Of a stretch of DNA of 64,000 bases, positions 1 through 12,903 are shown piece by piece. This DNA comes from Octopus bimaculoides (lineage: Eukaryota): the NCBI RefSeq assembly GCF_001194135.2, contig NC_068998.1, positions 18,774,037-18,838,036 of the forward strand. Direction: 5' to 3'. How positions within the stretch are numbered: the stretch's first letter is position 1; each line of letters begins with the position of its first letter. A program made the translations under genes and the position numbers. The notes below the pieces were generated by a model. The model did no database searches. It was given only the letters and a program-made list of their open reading frames with translations, and was not told the origin of the DNA.

Positions 1-474
1 TGATACTAAGGCAGCTGTAATTGGCTGAGAATTTTATTGGCAAATATTTCCATCCTGCCTGAAAATGGCTGAAATAACCTAGTCATATTAAAGTGAGAAT
101 TTCTGCACAAATCCCCTGAGTACACCCGTGGAAACAGAATTCTTAAAGTATGGAATAAACTACCCACATCAGTTGTTAACTGTCAGGGCACTGCATCCTT
201 CAAAAATTCCATGCTTCCTAAATTTCACCAACACTATTCCTGATGTGCCTATGCACCCTTTCCTCTTTATGTCTCTCTTAATGTTCATTTTCCTATCTTA
301 TGTGTTTTTTTTATTCTGTGTCCTGTGTATGTACTTCTATCTTTCACTGCTGTCTATTTTACTTGACTCACATGTCTGCTTTCTGTACACTCTTTTGACT
401 TTTCTGACAAATTGCAGTGCATCTGAGCACTGAATATAATAAACTCATTATTATGTACTGCCTTTATTTCAATC

Positions 475-843
475 TGTGGAGGTGCAATGGCCTAGTGGTT
501 AGGGCAGCGGACTCGCGGTTTCGATTCCCAGACCGGGCGTTGTGAGTGTTTATTGAGCGAAAACACCTAAAGCTCCACGAGGCTCCGGCAGGGGATGGTG
601 GCGAACCCTGCTGTACTCTTCCACCACAACTTTCTCTCTTACTTCCTGTTTCTGTTGTGCCTGGAATTCAAAGGATCAGCCTTGTCACACTGTTTGACGC
701 TGAATATCCCCGAGAACTACGTTAAGGGTACATGTGTCTGTGGAATGCTCAGCCACTTGCACGTTAATTTCACGAGCAGGCTGTTCCATTGATCGGATCA
801 ACTGGAACCCTCTGTGTCATAAGCGACGGAGTGCCAACAACAA
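475..843 (+). mobile_element. tRNA-derived SINE, family A
   Basis: Head GGAGGTGCAATGGCCTAGTGGTTAGGGCAGCGGACTCGCGGTTTCGATTCC (A and B boxes), (CAA)n tail; homologous to 13289-13671 and 31560-31937. Confidence 0.88.
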
Positions 844-1514
844 CTGTGTACGTACTTCTACTTTTCACTACTGTCTTTTTTTACTTGACTGACATGTCTG
901 CTTTCTGTACACTCTTTTGACTTTTCTGACAAGTTGCAGTGCATCTGAGCACTGAATAAAATAAACTCATTATTATGAACTGCTTTTATTTCAATCAGTT
1001 TGGAAAATAATGAAGAATTTAGGAAAAAAACCTTTGTTATTAAGCTGGTTTTTAGAACGTAAATTAACAAAAAATTTTGATGGAAGGTTTTAATTTAGAT
1101 CACTTTAAAACAGGAAGTTTTCATCTTAGAACCAAGGGTAGTCTAAGGCAGGTTAGTATCAAAAAGGTTAAAGGCATCAATCTTCAAAAGTCCACATCAA
1201 CACCCCCCACCCTCACTCTCTCTCAAGAAATGATATTTAAAAAAAATGTCTGTATGGCTGGACTGACAAACATCAGTATGGTCCCATAGCATGCATTATG
1301 CACTATGTCCTTGTATAAAAAGCCTTACACTAGCCTGGCTGATAACTGCATGACCTCACTTTGTGACTGAGTCTCTTGAGTAACAATAACCAGTTGATAA
1401 TGTTAAATAGAGGATATAACAATATTGTGAGTGTTTGGAATCTATCAATTTTAATAGCAGTAACTGTTAGTTAACATTATCTTTGATTATAATAAGCAAC
1501 CTCTACCTTCCACT

Positions 1515-1659
1515 ATCATCATCATCGTAGTTTAACGTCCGCTTTCCATGCTAGCATGGGTTGGACGATTTGACTGAGGACTGGTGAACCAAGTGGCTAC
1601 ACCAGGCTCCAATCTGATTTGGCAGAGTTTCTACAGCTGGATGCCCTTCCTAACGCCAA
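1515..1659 (-). mobile_element. Young RTE LINE 3' end
   Basis: Near-identical to the reverse complement of about 23006-23160; (CAT)n tail on the left. Confidence 0.85.
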
Positions 1660-1855
1660 TATATATATATATATAGTCAACAGATGAGATCTAGAGATGC
1701 TCAGTATAGAAAATATTTAGTAGAACTTATGCTCCAAAATCTTTACCAAGTGCAAGAGGAACCCAGGTGAGCAGATATGGAGATAATGATTCAAATAAAC
1801 AAATAAAACTGCTTGCGCTAGATTTATGCAATACACATACATATATACCTGTAAA

Positions 1856-2040
1856 TAGAGAGAGACAAGGACTGAAAATGTTCAGACGATGAACATTCGT
1901 GTATAAATATGTTGATATTTATATATTAACAAAGCAGAAAGCTGAGGTGTGTATAAATCTGTTCTGTTAATATATAAATACCTACATATTTATACATGAA
2001 TGTTCATAATCTGAATATTTTCAGTCTTTGCATCTCTCTA
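1856..2040. mobile_element. Palindromic MITE in a NOC3L intron
   Basis: Arms of about 85 bp are reverse complements (tagagagagacaaggactgaaaatgttcaga versus tctgaatattttcagtctttgcatctctcta). Confidence 0.8.
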
Positions 2041-2192
2041 TTAACATGTATATTGTATAAATCTAGCCCAAGCAGTTTTATTTGCTTACTTGGATCATTG
2101 TCTGTCTGTCTGTCTGTCAGTCAATCATGCTAGTTATGTTGGTTTTTTCAAAAATTGGTTGGTTAATATTTGTAATTTTTTCTCTCTTCCAG

Positions 2193-2328
2193 AGCTTGAC
2201 CTTGCAGCAGACTATACAATGCACCTTAACTGCTTTTATGATACTTTCTGGACAAGGCAATGTTTTAAACATCGATCCTGTGCATTTCTACAAATATTTC
2301 TACCACAGAATGATATCACTAAATGCAG
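2193..2328 (+). CDS. NOC3L: NOC3L internal coding exon (first exon visible in window)
   Basis: Acceptor tctcttccAG and donor GTAAG. Encodes SLTLQQTIQCTLTAFMILSGQGNVLNIDPVHFYKYFYHRMISLNA(G), matching the remembered NOC3L motif ILSGQGDVLNIDP. Phase 0 to 1. Confidence 0.93.
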
Positions 2329-2505
2329 GTAAGAAGACATAACAGAAAACAAACACAATATTCTTGTCTATTAATGTGCTGGATTATCTGAATGAGTAAA
2401 GCACCAGTGAAAATGTCAAAGAGTATTTAGTTACATTGCTTTATGTTCTGAGTACAAATCCTGCTGTGATTGACTTTTCATGCTTCAAAGGTTAAAATAA
2501 TTTCT

Positions 2506-3175
2506 CAAGAAGACCCATCCACCACAGCATACCCAAGAAGACCCATCCACCACAGCATACCCAAGAAGACCTGCCCACCACAACATACCCAAGAAGACCT
2601 GTCCACCATGACATACCGAAGAAGACCCACCCACCACAGCATACCCAAGAAGACCTGCCCACCACAACATACCCAAGAAGACCCACCCACCACAGCATAC
2701 CCAAGAAGACCCGCCCACCACAACATACCCNNNNNNNNNNNNNNNNNNNNNNNNNNNNNNNNNNNNNNNNNNNNNNNNNNNNNNNNNNNNNNNNNNNNNN
2801 NNNNNNNNNNNNNNNNNNNNNNNNNNNNNNNNNNNNNNNNNNNNNNNNNNNNNNNNNNNNNNNNNNNNNNNNNNNNNNNNNNNNNNNNNNNNNNNNNNNN
2901 NNNNNNNNNNNNNNNNNNNNNNNNNNNNNNNNNNNNNNNNNNNNNNNNNNNNNNNNNNNNNNNNNNNNNNNNNNNNNNNNNNNNNNNNNNNNNNNTCCAC
3001 CACAGCATACCCAAGAAGACCTGCCCACCACAACATACCCAAGAAGATCCACTCACCACAACATACCCAAGAAGACCCACCCACCACAGCATACCCAAGA
3101 AAACCCATCGACCATAACATACTCAAGAAGATCTGCCTACCACAGCATTCTCAAAAAGACCCACCTACCACAACA
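2506..3175 (+). repeat. 28-bp minisatellite (CCAAGAAGACCCACCCACCACAGCATAC) in a NOC3L intron, spanning a gap
   Basis: Visible tandem units with variants; explains the overlapping ORFs with a 28-aa period. Confidence 0.92.
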
Positions 3176-4188
3176 AAATTGAGATCCTAAAATCAAGATA
3201 CCCTGTAAAAAGCATTGGTGTGGTTGTTGATAGCACGTAACAAGCACCTAGTACACTTTATAAAGTGGTTGGTGTTAAGAAGGGCTTCCAGCTATAGAAA
3301 CCATGCCAAAACAGACTATGAAACCTGGTGTAGACCCTGGCCTTGCCAGTTCTTGTCAAGCCATCCAACCCATACCAGCATGGAAAATGGGTGTTAAATG
3401 TTGATGATGAGTACTGCTGTTGAATAAATTGACAATACTACTGCTCCAAATATAATGATTGTGTGCCTAGGAGGTGGTTGACGTGTAACCTAAGCCCTGT
3501 CATACCAAATGTGCATTTATTCCATGACTACAGATTTCTGTAGAATACTCTAATGGATACATACAGTAGACAGGTGTTGCAAACGTAGCAATAACTAAAC
3601 TATGTATCAACTGTAGCATTGTAAAATAGACCAGTCATTTATTTGTGTTTGTAAAGTATTTGGTACACAAGTTAAGAGAACATGACAACCTCTCTAGTTT
3701 TGGTGCCACAATAAAATGCTCCCAGTACACTCTGTAAAGAGATTGGTGTTAGGCAAGGCATCGAATTACAGAAGAAACTATGCCTAATTATTTGACTAGG
3801 AAGGCAATAGCTCTGAATAAGAACTGCTCTAAGCATCATGAGATGTCTCATCTATGTTAACATGGAAAATGGATGTAAAATAATGGTGATGATGATGATA
3901 GGTCCAGTTCCTTTGTCACTATAGCTTGAAGAGGGTTAGGCTCTGACCAGTTGAGTCGCTGTTCCTGAAATATACTAAATGAAAAGGAAAATTTAATGGT
4001 ACCTCTCTGACCTGAATAGATTAAGAGAGTTCTAACAGTTATAGGATTAAAATAATTAGTGTACATTCTTTGATTCTCAACTTCAAAATATTCTTTAAAT
4101 TAATCATAATCAAGTATTAATTTGTGCTTTTAATGTTTTTTTTTTTTTTCTTCAATTAATAGCTTTATGTCAAATTTATTATTTATAT

Positions 4189-4412
4189 TGGCCGTTGCCA
4201 GTACCGCCTGACTGGCCTTCGTGCCGGTGGCACATAAAAGCACCCACTACACTCTCTGAGTGGTTGGCGTTAGGAAGGGCATCCAGCTGTAGAAACTCTG
4301 CCAAATCAGACTGGAGCCTGGTGTAGCCATCTGGTTTCACCAGTCCTCAGTCAAATCGTCCAACCCATGCTAGCATGGAAAGCGGACGTTAAACGATGAT
4401 GATGATGATGAT
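4189..4412 (+). mobile_element. Young RTE LINE 3' end
   Basis: Near-identical to 22985-23160; ends GGACGTTAAAC(GAT)n. Confidence 0.85.
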
Positions 4413-4760
4413 GTTCTCTAGTCCTTGGTTGACTCTGAACATGCAGACCTATAATCAAAGACCTAGTCACGACTGTCCTCATGTTCTATATTTAAGATTA
4501 GATTGTCAAACACGTCTTCTTTTGAAGTTGTAGGATGTAATTTTTAGATTTTGGTTGTTATTTGTAACGGATCAAGCCACCTTTTAGAAGCTCTCTCATC
4601 TCATGTTAAATGTGGGTGATTCTTAAGATGAAATTTTTTAGCCCCTCTGTGATTGTAGATTGGATTTCATTGGTTTATATTACTCTAATTTTTCTGAGAA
4701 ACTTTAACCTGTCGACTGCCATAAGTAAAAAATATTAAGACATTTCCTTTTGTTTTCCAG

Positions 4761-4831
4761 GCGAGTCTAGTGAATACATGATTCTTCTTTTGAACACATT
4801 AGAAGAAACTATTTTCAAGCGTAAAAAACAG
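4761..4831 (+). CDS. NOC3L: NOC3L coding exon
   Basis: Acceptor tgttttccAG and donor GTGAAT. Completes a Gly codon, then ESSEYMILLLNTLEETIFKRKKQ (NOC3L ...LTKRRKQ). Phase 1 to 0. Confidence 0.88.
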
Positions 4832-5466
4832 GTGAATTTATTGTTTCTTCTTGTTCATTGCTACTGAAGTAAATTTTGTTTAAAAGTGAGTTGCAGATAA
4901 AAGTCAAACCTGTATTTTCTGAATAGCACTTGATAATTTTGCTACAATCTTTCTAAAAAGCTGCAGCAATGCCCCTCTGATCCCACATCCTCTGCTGACC
5001 ATTACACTATGTCAAAATGACAAAAAAAAAGAAAGCAAAAAACTGTTAAGATCTACTAAATTTTGATAGTCTAATCTATTAGTTTGTTGTTTATTTATAA
5101 CAAAAAAAGTAAAAGCAAAGAATAAAAGATTATTACATTATTGTGCTTTTCTTAATGAAATTGATGGGGAAAAATTTTGCATCTTGATACCAAGTAATAT
5201 TTGTACCTTTGATTTTGATTTTGGTGTTAAAAGGGTGTATTGTACAAATGTATTATAGTTGAATGCAAATGAATTGTACTTGAAATGTATTGAAAAGAAG
5301 TCTACCTTTTACATGAGATATTCTATCACCTTCTTGTCAATTTCTTTCATAATCCATGCCAACATAGATTAGACAAATAAGTTAATGAGAAAAAGGACCA
5401 TACCATTTTATTTCTATGTTTTAATTAGCCACATACCTGAATTTTGTATTTTGTTTTCTACTTCAG

Positions 5467-5577
5467 ATTACCAAACATCGTGTGTTGGCCTTCATGAAGC
5501 GTCTCTCGACTCTTGCATTGCAGACCTTACCAGAAGCTTCTATAGCTCTCCTTGGTGTTGTCCGCAGTCTTATACAT
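5467..5577 (+). CDS. NOC3L: NOC3L coding exon (CBF/Mak21 domain)
   Basis: Acceptor cttcAG and donor GTAAGT. 37 codons, ITKHRVLAFMKRLSTLALQTLPEASIALLGVVRSLIH (NOC3L RALAFIKRL motif). Confidence 0.93.
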
Positions 5578-6236
5578 GTAAGTCTTGTGAGAGTTTAATT
5601 ATTTAGTGCCATTGTGATGCTAAATATTCATTCTTCAATTAATCCATTGCTTTATTTTTAGAACTTTATGTCTATTAATGCCCTTCGGGTCTTCTTTTGC
5701 CAAAACAGTCACACAAGTGTGGTGCAGGCTTCTGCCTGGCCAGCTCTTGTGAAACCGTCCCATCCGTGCTAGCATGGAAGGCAGACATTGATGATGATGA
5801 TGTCTTGATCATGAACGGCTTTGGCATTAGATTTAAGATCTTGATTTGACTATAGGCTGCATGTGGCAGCTACTGAACACCACTCTATACAACATGAAAT
5901 TCATCTCTCAGTGGCATCTACCACCACAAGAACATTTATCAGGGATTTAACAACTGTGACAACTCATTGCTGGTCTTTGAATTTGATGCCATTAAGCTTT
6001 TAGTTTAGTGTTCTACTATTGAACCACTTTCCTACAAAGAAATCAACAGATCAAATAAAACAGAAATAGGTAAATTGTCTTCCAATGTTGACTGAGATTC
6101 ATTAATAAACAAGTGGACAAGCCTTAATATTGTCCAGCATATATTGTATACTAAATATTTTCTTTTTCATCAAATCATCTGAACCCCTGTAACATTTTAA
6201 TGTGTTTTTGTTTTTTACCATATTTTATTTTGATAG

Positions 6237-6365
6237 TCTTTTCCATATACTGATGTAATGTTTGAAAATGAACAATCTGGTAGCGGACAGTTCATGCCAG
6301 AAGTCGATGACCCAGAGTATTGTCATGCACATAATTCTTCTTTGTGGGAGCTGGCAATTTTACAG
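6237..6365 (+). CDS. NOC3L: NOC3L coding exon (CBF/Mak21 domain)
   Basis: Acceptor ttttgatAG and donor GTAAAA. 43 codons, SFPYTDVMFENEQSGSGQFMPEVDDPEYCHAHNSSLWELAILQ (NOC3L GSGVFLPELDEPEYCNA..LWEL motif). Confidence 0.95.
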
Positions 6366-8106
6366 GTAAAAACATCTCAGGTGTTTGTTATTAACTTATA
6401 AACTGTAGAATAAATAACAGTTTAGGCAGACATGGCTGCATGCTGAAGAAGTTCACTTCCTAACCATGTGGTTTCAAGTTTAGTCCCACTGCATGGCACC
6501 TTGGGCTAATGTCTTCTACAATAGCCCTACACCAACCAAGGCCTTGTGGGTGGAATCGATTAATGGGAAGTGAAAGTTTCCGAGTGTGTGTGTGCATGTG
6601 TTTGTATCACTTTGTCTTGACATCGCATGATTGTTGTAAATGAGGGTCACTGTCATACAAGCAGTGTTCCTTTTTTTCAGTTTTCTGTAAAGATATGTTC
6701 ATTTTCATCAATCCTTGGACATTACTGTCTTGAGTCCTAGGACTCATAGGGGCCAATTACTCAGTCCCCACGGCATATAAATGACTGAAAACAGGACACC
6801 AATCTAATGCAGTAAATCTCATTTATTGCGAAGTGGGCTGGAGTAACATGAAATGAAGTGTTTTGCTCAAGAATACAATATACCACACCACACAGTCAGG
6901 CTTTCAAACCCACAATCTTGTGATCATAAGTGCAGTACCCTAACCACCAGGCTGCCACATGCTTTCACTTGAAGAAATATTAACCTTGCTTGGAAACAGG
7001 TGTTAGGGACAGGAAGAGTATCCTGTATATAAAACTCCCTTGATGAATTCTGTCTGAACCATGGAAGCATGGAAGAATGGATGTTGAAATGATGATTTAG
7101 AAGTGTTTGCATTGAATGCTGACACAAAGGAACTCAAACTAAGTATAGACTCTTCATCACTGAGTCATTGGTGTTACAAGGGCAGCTATGTACTGTAAAA
7201 AGATTCTGCTTCAGTAACTTTCAAAAATATTTTTATTGTTTCTCAGCCATTTTGCTTTAGTTGTCTGAATGGTAGAGCTTTCAGAAGAGAAAAAAAAACC
7301 CATTCCACACGGCAATACAATCAGCAGTCTACTGCTATCTAACCCATAGTAACATGAAAAGACATGCAGCCTGTTGTAATTGTCTTCTGATGATTGAAAT
7401 TGATTCAGATGTTGTTTAGTCTCAGGGCAGCCCTGATTGTAGAAGACTTATGATCAAAAGACATTCCAACCATGTTCATCCTGTCTTTTGTTCAGACTCA
7501 ATATCCATAGAGCTATATTATCTGTGCCCTTTTTAAAGGCAGTTGGATGTATTATTAGGAAAGTTTGTCTGCTGTTTCTAGTAGGTCAGGTGACTAAATA
7601 TACTTGCTTATTGCTTGACACAGACCATCATCAGCTGATGGTCTGACTTTGTAATTTAATGTAATCTTCCTTCCTTCCTTCCTTCCTTTCTCTCTTTCTT
7701 TCTTTCTTTCTTTGGCTCCAGTGATGGCCGTCTTGTCCTTCAATTGTAGACTTTAATGGCTACTACTGCTTGAAGTGCATCAGCACAAGTAACTGGAGAA
7801 TTTTAACAGCTGCTTCCTGTGCTACATCTACCATGTGCCCTCAATCGCTTGAAAACCACAGAAGCGACAATATTTCATCATCACAGAAGCACTTGATACC
7901 CTGACTGCTGCAGTGGCAATCCTTATTCTTGAGATCCAAGACAGTTATTCATATTGTAGGATACAATACATGCACAATGAAGCTTTAAGGGAATTTCTTG
8001 GTATCACTCTCTTTGTTATGGGGAAGATAAATCCTGTGGAAATGGTGACTCAGAACAACTAGTAATTCTTTCAAGCTACAAGAAATGCAATTTATCTGAA
8101 ACCACA

Positions 8107-8482
8107 TTAACCTATTAGCATTTAAACCTGGCTGTCAAACAGTGGATAACACTCATAATTAACTTAACTGTATTCAACCTACTTTGGCTGGTAAAAGCCA
8201 TATTCACAATGTGCATCACTGATTCCTGTGCTGTGTCAAGAAATTTCATCCAAATTCAATCAAAAAATATATTTTTGTACTAGGGCTAACTGCATTTTAT
8301 TCTATCTATTTTGTGTTCAAACCAACCAAATCTGGCCTCTTACACTTACCCTACATTGTCATTGTAAAAATAAACAATCACTTCATCGAAATCTGGAAAC
8401 TATGAGATAATGCATGATAAATTCAAAACAATCTGAATAAATAAGCATTACTTTTGACAGAGTCTGAATGCTAAAAGGTTAA
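8107..8482. mobile_element. TTAA-bounded MITE, inverted relative to 12904-13131
   Basis: TTAACCTATTAGCATTT...AATGCTAAAAGGTTAA; 8300-8482 is the reverse complement of the left part of the 12904 copy. Confidence 0.7.
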
Positions 8483-8915
8483 AGTTGGTTGCAACAGGAC
8501 AGCCTGTTCTCTCAAAGTGTTCTGCTCTAGACTTTGTCTTCCTATACTAACCCATAAGTCAGCAGAGGAGTGCAAGTAGGTCACACACACCCCACTTTCC
8601 CACCACTTCTAAGGTCCCCTGCCAACCTTTCTCTGAGATGTTCTGGCAAGAACTAAGAGTCCATCACACCCAAAGGGATCATGATGTCTGCTTCTTCACC
8701 ATATCAATGATTTCTGTCCTTATGTGCTGCTACTGTCAGATATTCACTGACCCTATATGTTCATCTGTACTTTTGACATGCATTATTTTTTTTGTTCTGC
8801 TGGGTTTCAGGCACCCCTGCTAACCAGCCATATAACAGGATATACTGGATCTCTCTCTTTCTCTGTCTGTCCAGCTTTCTCTCTCTCACACACACACACA
8901 TTCTCTCACGCACAT

Positions 8916-8948
<33 letters not shown>

Positions 8949-9118
8949 TTCTCTCTCTCTCTCTCTGCTGTTACGAATTGGTATTTGAGGTTATCTAACA
9001 CAAGTGCTACTTCCATGCTATTTTCATTATGTCACTGGCGTGGTTTTGATATTTTTTTAATTACTTTCTTATTGTTAAACCTTTATAGACTGACATATAT
9101 ATATATCTTGGTTTTCAG

Positions 9119-9216
9119 AAACATGTTTGTCCAGATGTTGTCAAGTTTACCAACTATGTGGCTCACCAAGCACCCTTGACGGGTAAAGGTCAACTACCAG
9201 CACATCTTTCAAAACT
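9119..9216 (+). CDS. NOC3L: NOC3L coding exon
   Basis: Acceptor gttttcAG and donor GTTAGT. KHVCPDVVKFTNYVAHQAPLTGKGQLPAHLSK(L) resembles NOC3L RHYHPIVQRFAAHLIAGAP. Phase 0 to 2. Confidence 0.85.
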
Positions 9217-9693
9217 GTTAGTACAACTGCTCACTTACGTTCTTATCATTTCTATACAATATAAATACCATTCTTTTATTTGTTTCATTCATTTGACTGC
9301 GGCCGTGCTGGAGCATTGCCTTGAAGGATTTTATTCAAGCAAATCAACCCCAGAACTTATTTTTTAAGCCTAGTACTTATCATACCAGTCTCTTTTGCCG
9401 AACTGTAAAGTTATGGGGATGCAAACACACCAACACCACTACCACCATTACAACAAACTGTGATGGTGGTAGTGGTGGTGGGACAAATACACACACACAC
9501 ACACACACAAATATACAAATATATATATATACATATATATATATGTGTGGTAAAAAGTTTGCTTCCCAAACACATTGTTTTGAGTTCTATACTACTGCAT
9601 AGCACCTTAGGCAAACGTTTTCTAATATAGGGCCCAAACCAACCAAGCCATGTGAATAGATTTGGTAGACAACAACTGAAAGAAGTCTGCTAC

Positions 9694-9733
<40 letters not shown>

Positions 9734-9744
9734 ATGCATGTTTG

Positions 9745-9820
<76 letters not shown>

Positions 9821-10307
9821 CATGTATTTGTGTGTCTTACTGTCTCCTTGCCTTAGCATTATTTAATTGTTGTAAATGAATGTTTATTATATAAATGGTG
9901 TCCTTTATTACCTATCATTCCTGAAAACATGTCTTATCAAGAAGAAATGTTACCTTACTTGGAAGCAGGTGTGGGTTGGTGACAGGAAGGACACCCAGCT
10001 GTAGAAAATTCACTTCAACAGATTCCCTCCAACCCATGCAAGCATGGGGGGAAAAAAGATTAAAAAAAAAAGACATTAAAACAATGATGAGGGTGAATAT
10101 TTTAATAGGGGCAGTTTGAGCTGGGTTGATATTAAAAGGATAATTCACATGGTTTACACATGTTACAGTAGAAAATACCTGGACTACTCTTTCACTGCAG
10201 TTGGTGAAATGAAGGGCATCCTCATCATTTAATGTCTGTTTTCCATGCTGGCATGGGTTGGATGGTTTGATAAGAGCTGGCTAGACAGTGGACTGCACCA
10301 GGCATGG

Positions 10308-10392
10308 TCTTTAATGGCTGGATGTGTTTTTGGATGGTCTTCAATGGCTGGATGTGTTTTTGGATGGTCTTCAATGGCTGGATGTGTTTTTA
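10308..10392 (+). repeat. 30-bp tandem repeat, about 3 copies
   Basis: TCTTCAATGGCTGGATGTGTTTTTGGATGG repeated inside a degraded RTE-type tail. Confidence 0.8.
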
Positions 10393-10619
10393 ATGTGGCA
10401 CCACAGAATCCAAAGCAAACATATATAATCAGAAATGCCCAAATGTATAAAACAGAACCACTACAAAATGCATTGTTGCTGTGAGCATTAAAGGGTATGT
10501 ATAAGGTTGGTTGGTGTACAGTAAATCAATCTCACTCATGTTAGTATAAAAAGGAAAAAATGAAAAAGATGTAAAACCAGATGGTGTTTATGATTGATTA
10601 TATATGGATGTATGTGTGT

Positions 10620-10680
<61 letters not shown>

Positions 10681-12607
10681 AACACAGATAAATATATATT
10701 GTGTATATTTTGTATTGANNNNNNNNNNTTCTTGCAATGAAATAAGATTTATGCATAATTATTTTATTCCTTTTTGTCTTTTATTTTTACTTTTTTTTTT
10801 TTTTGTCATGTGACCACGTTATTTTTTTATTTATGACTGAGGTATGCTAATGGGGTAGACTGGGTGTTATCTGGCGTATTTCAACACACTGAAATGAGCT
10901 TGTGAAATAGTTAACAAATCAAGTGTTTTTTCCCCAGTTGGTATTTTCTTCTTTTGTGAGAATGGATTGAAATTTAAGATTTCTTTCTTCAGTTCTTTTG
11001 GAGTTTTGACACTGAAAATATTTTCACATAGTTATCGGCTGGTATTTTTCTACATTGTATATCTTTACATTCAGCTGTCTTTTAAGTAGAACAGCTAAAC
11101 TTGCTGAAATTTATATGAATTTCTTCATTTATTTCTTTTAGTTGCCATTGTTGCTTTTATAGGTGTGAACCGCTCGTTAAACTGAGAATAAAGAATAGTC
11201 AAAATATCATGATATTTATGACACCACAGACAAAAATATGGTTTAAAAAAAAGGTCAAACTGCCAAAGCTGTCAAAACATTTAATTGGTTTATTTATTTA
11301 TGTATTTTTTTTCTTAATCACAATTTGTGAACAGCAACAATGTTGGTTACAGGTTTCCACTAAGCCACTAGTTCACTATACCTCTGAAGGCAAAAGCTGT
11401 ACGAGGGTAACTTAGCACAGAATAAATATTGCAAGGGAACTGGTTTGAAAAACACAACTTTTGTTTTTTTTCGGTCTCCCATCTTTCATCTGTGTAAATT
11501 AGTGAACAATAGAAATACACCCCTCCCCCCGCACACACACATCAGTAAGAGGTTTTAGTTTCCTTTACCAAATCTCAGTCTTAATCCTTTAGCATTCAGG
11601 TCACTCTGTCAAATGTAATGCTTATGTATTAGCATTGTTTTGAACTAATTATGCATTATCTTGTAGCTTTGAGATTTTGATGATGTGATTTATTTTTGGG
11701 ATAACATTGTTGGGTAGGTGTGAGAAGCCAGATCTTACCGTTTTGAACATAAAACAAGTACAGTGTAATAGAAATCTCTTGCTCAAAATGCCATGCGGTG
11801 GAATCTAATCTCGATCTATGTGGTTTGACATTGAAGTCCTTAATCTCACATTCATACCTACATGTAAGAATTTATTGATTCTCGCTTGTAGACATCGAGT
11901 TGTGGTTAAGAACTTCATTGTAATCAATAGTAATGTACTGTTGTTTACAGTATACTGCTGGTATTTTGTTTACTTACATTTCTTTTTTTCCTTAGTTTAG
12001 TTCTGATGAAATGACAATGATATAAATTGAAGGCTGTATGGTGAAGAAGTTTGCTCTGCAAACATGTGGTTCTAGATTGAGTCCTACTGCATGCTACTTC
12101 TACCATCACCTCAGGTTGTACAATGTCTTGAAGTTGAAATATGGTCAACAGAAACTATTTGGAAACCATGTGTTCGTTTAGTGGTCAGCATGTGGTTTAC
12201 AACAGACAAAGTTTAGTTGCCATAGGTGATCTTACGACATTTTTCTGTCTTCAATGTATAAATCAAACACAATACCATATCTTGATACTTTGGGACTGAA
12301 TGCCCCGTTAACAGATTACTGATATGAATAATTCTAACTTGTTAGGTCAAGACTTCTAATTTAGATGGTTGAAACTGTCTGGTCACTTTGGTTGAGTGGT
12401 TAGCACAGTTAAGGCTTGATTTTTGTGGGCCATCTTACAACTAATTTCTGTCTTACACACATATGCATATATATGTGTGTATACATATGTATGAAGCCTC
12501 ATCATCATCATTTTAACGTCCACTTTTCCATGCTTGCATGGGCCAGACAGAACTTGTTGAGGCAGATTGTCTATAGCTGGGTGCCCTTCTTGTTACCAAT
12601 GGTATGC

Positions 12608-12647
<40 letters not shown>

Positions 12648-12903
12648 TTTGCTAATGTGTATCGGTGAGAAAATTTTTAAACTGGTATTTTTTTAATAAA
12701 AATACTTTGTGTAGTATTTGTTCTTCTCAGGTTGTACAGTTTGGACCAATGGTCGTCCAAGTGGAAACCTGTAACCAATAATGCTATTGCTTACAGAATG
12801 CATGGCATAAAATAATTCTTCAAATATGCTGATTTGCCAATTTACCTTCAAACATGAATATAATTTTCAGCTGTAGCCGAAAATTATATTCTCTCACTAA
12901 GTT

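Noticed and set aside
475-540. tRNA genes at SINE heads (also 13289, 31937, 48181 and 51638-51712)
   Set aside because: They have A/B boxes but no complete cloverleaf and continue into repeat bodies or tails; they are tRNA-derived, not tRNA genes.
2470-3126. Four long overlapping ORFs on both strands
   Set aside because: They are read-throughs of a stop-free 28-bp minisatellite plus an N gap inside a NOC3L intron.
2506-3175. CRISPR-like array from the 28-bp repeats
   Set aside because: The units are contiguous with no unique spacers, and the context is a eukaryotic intron.
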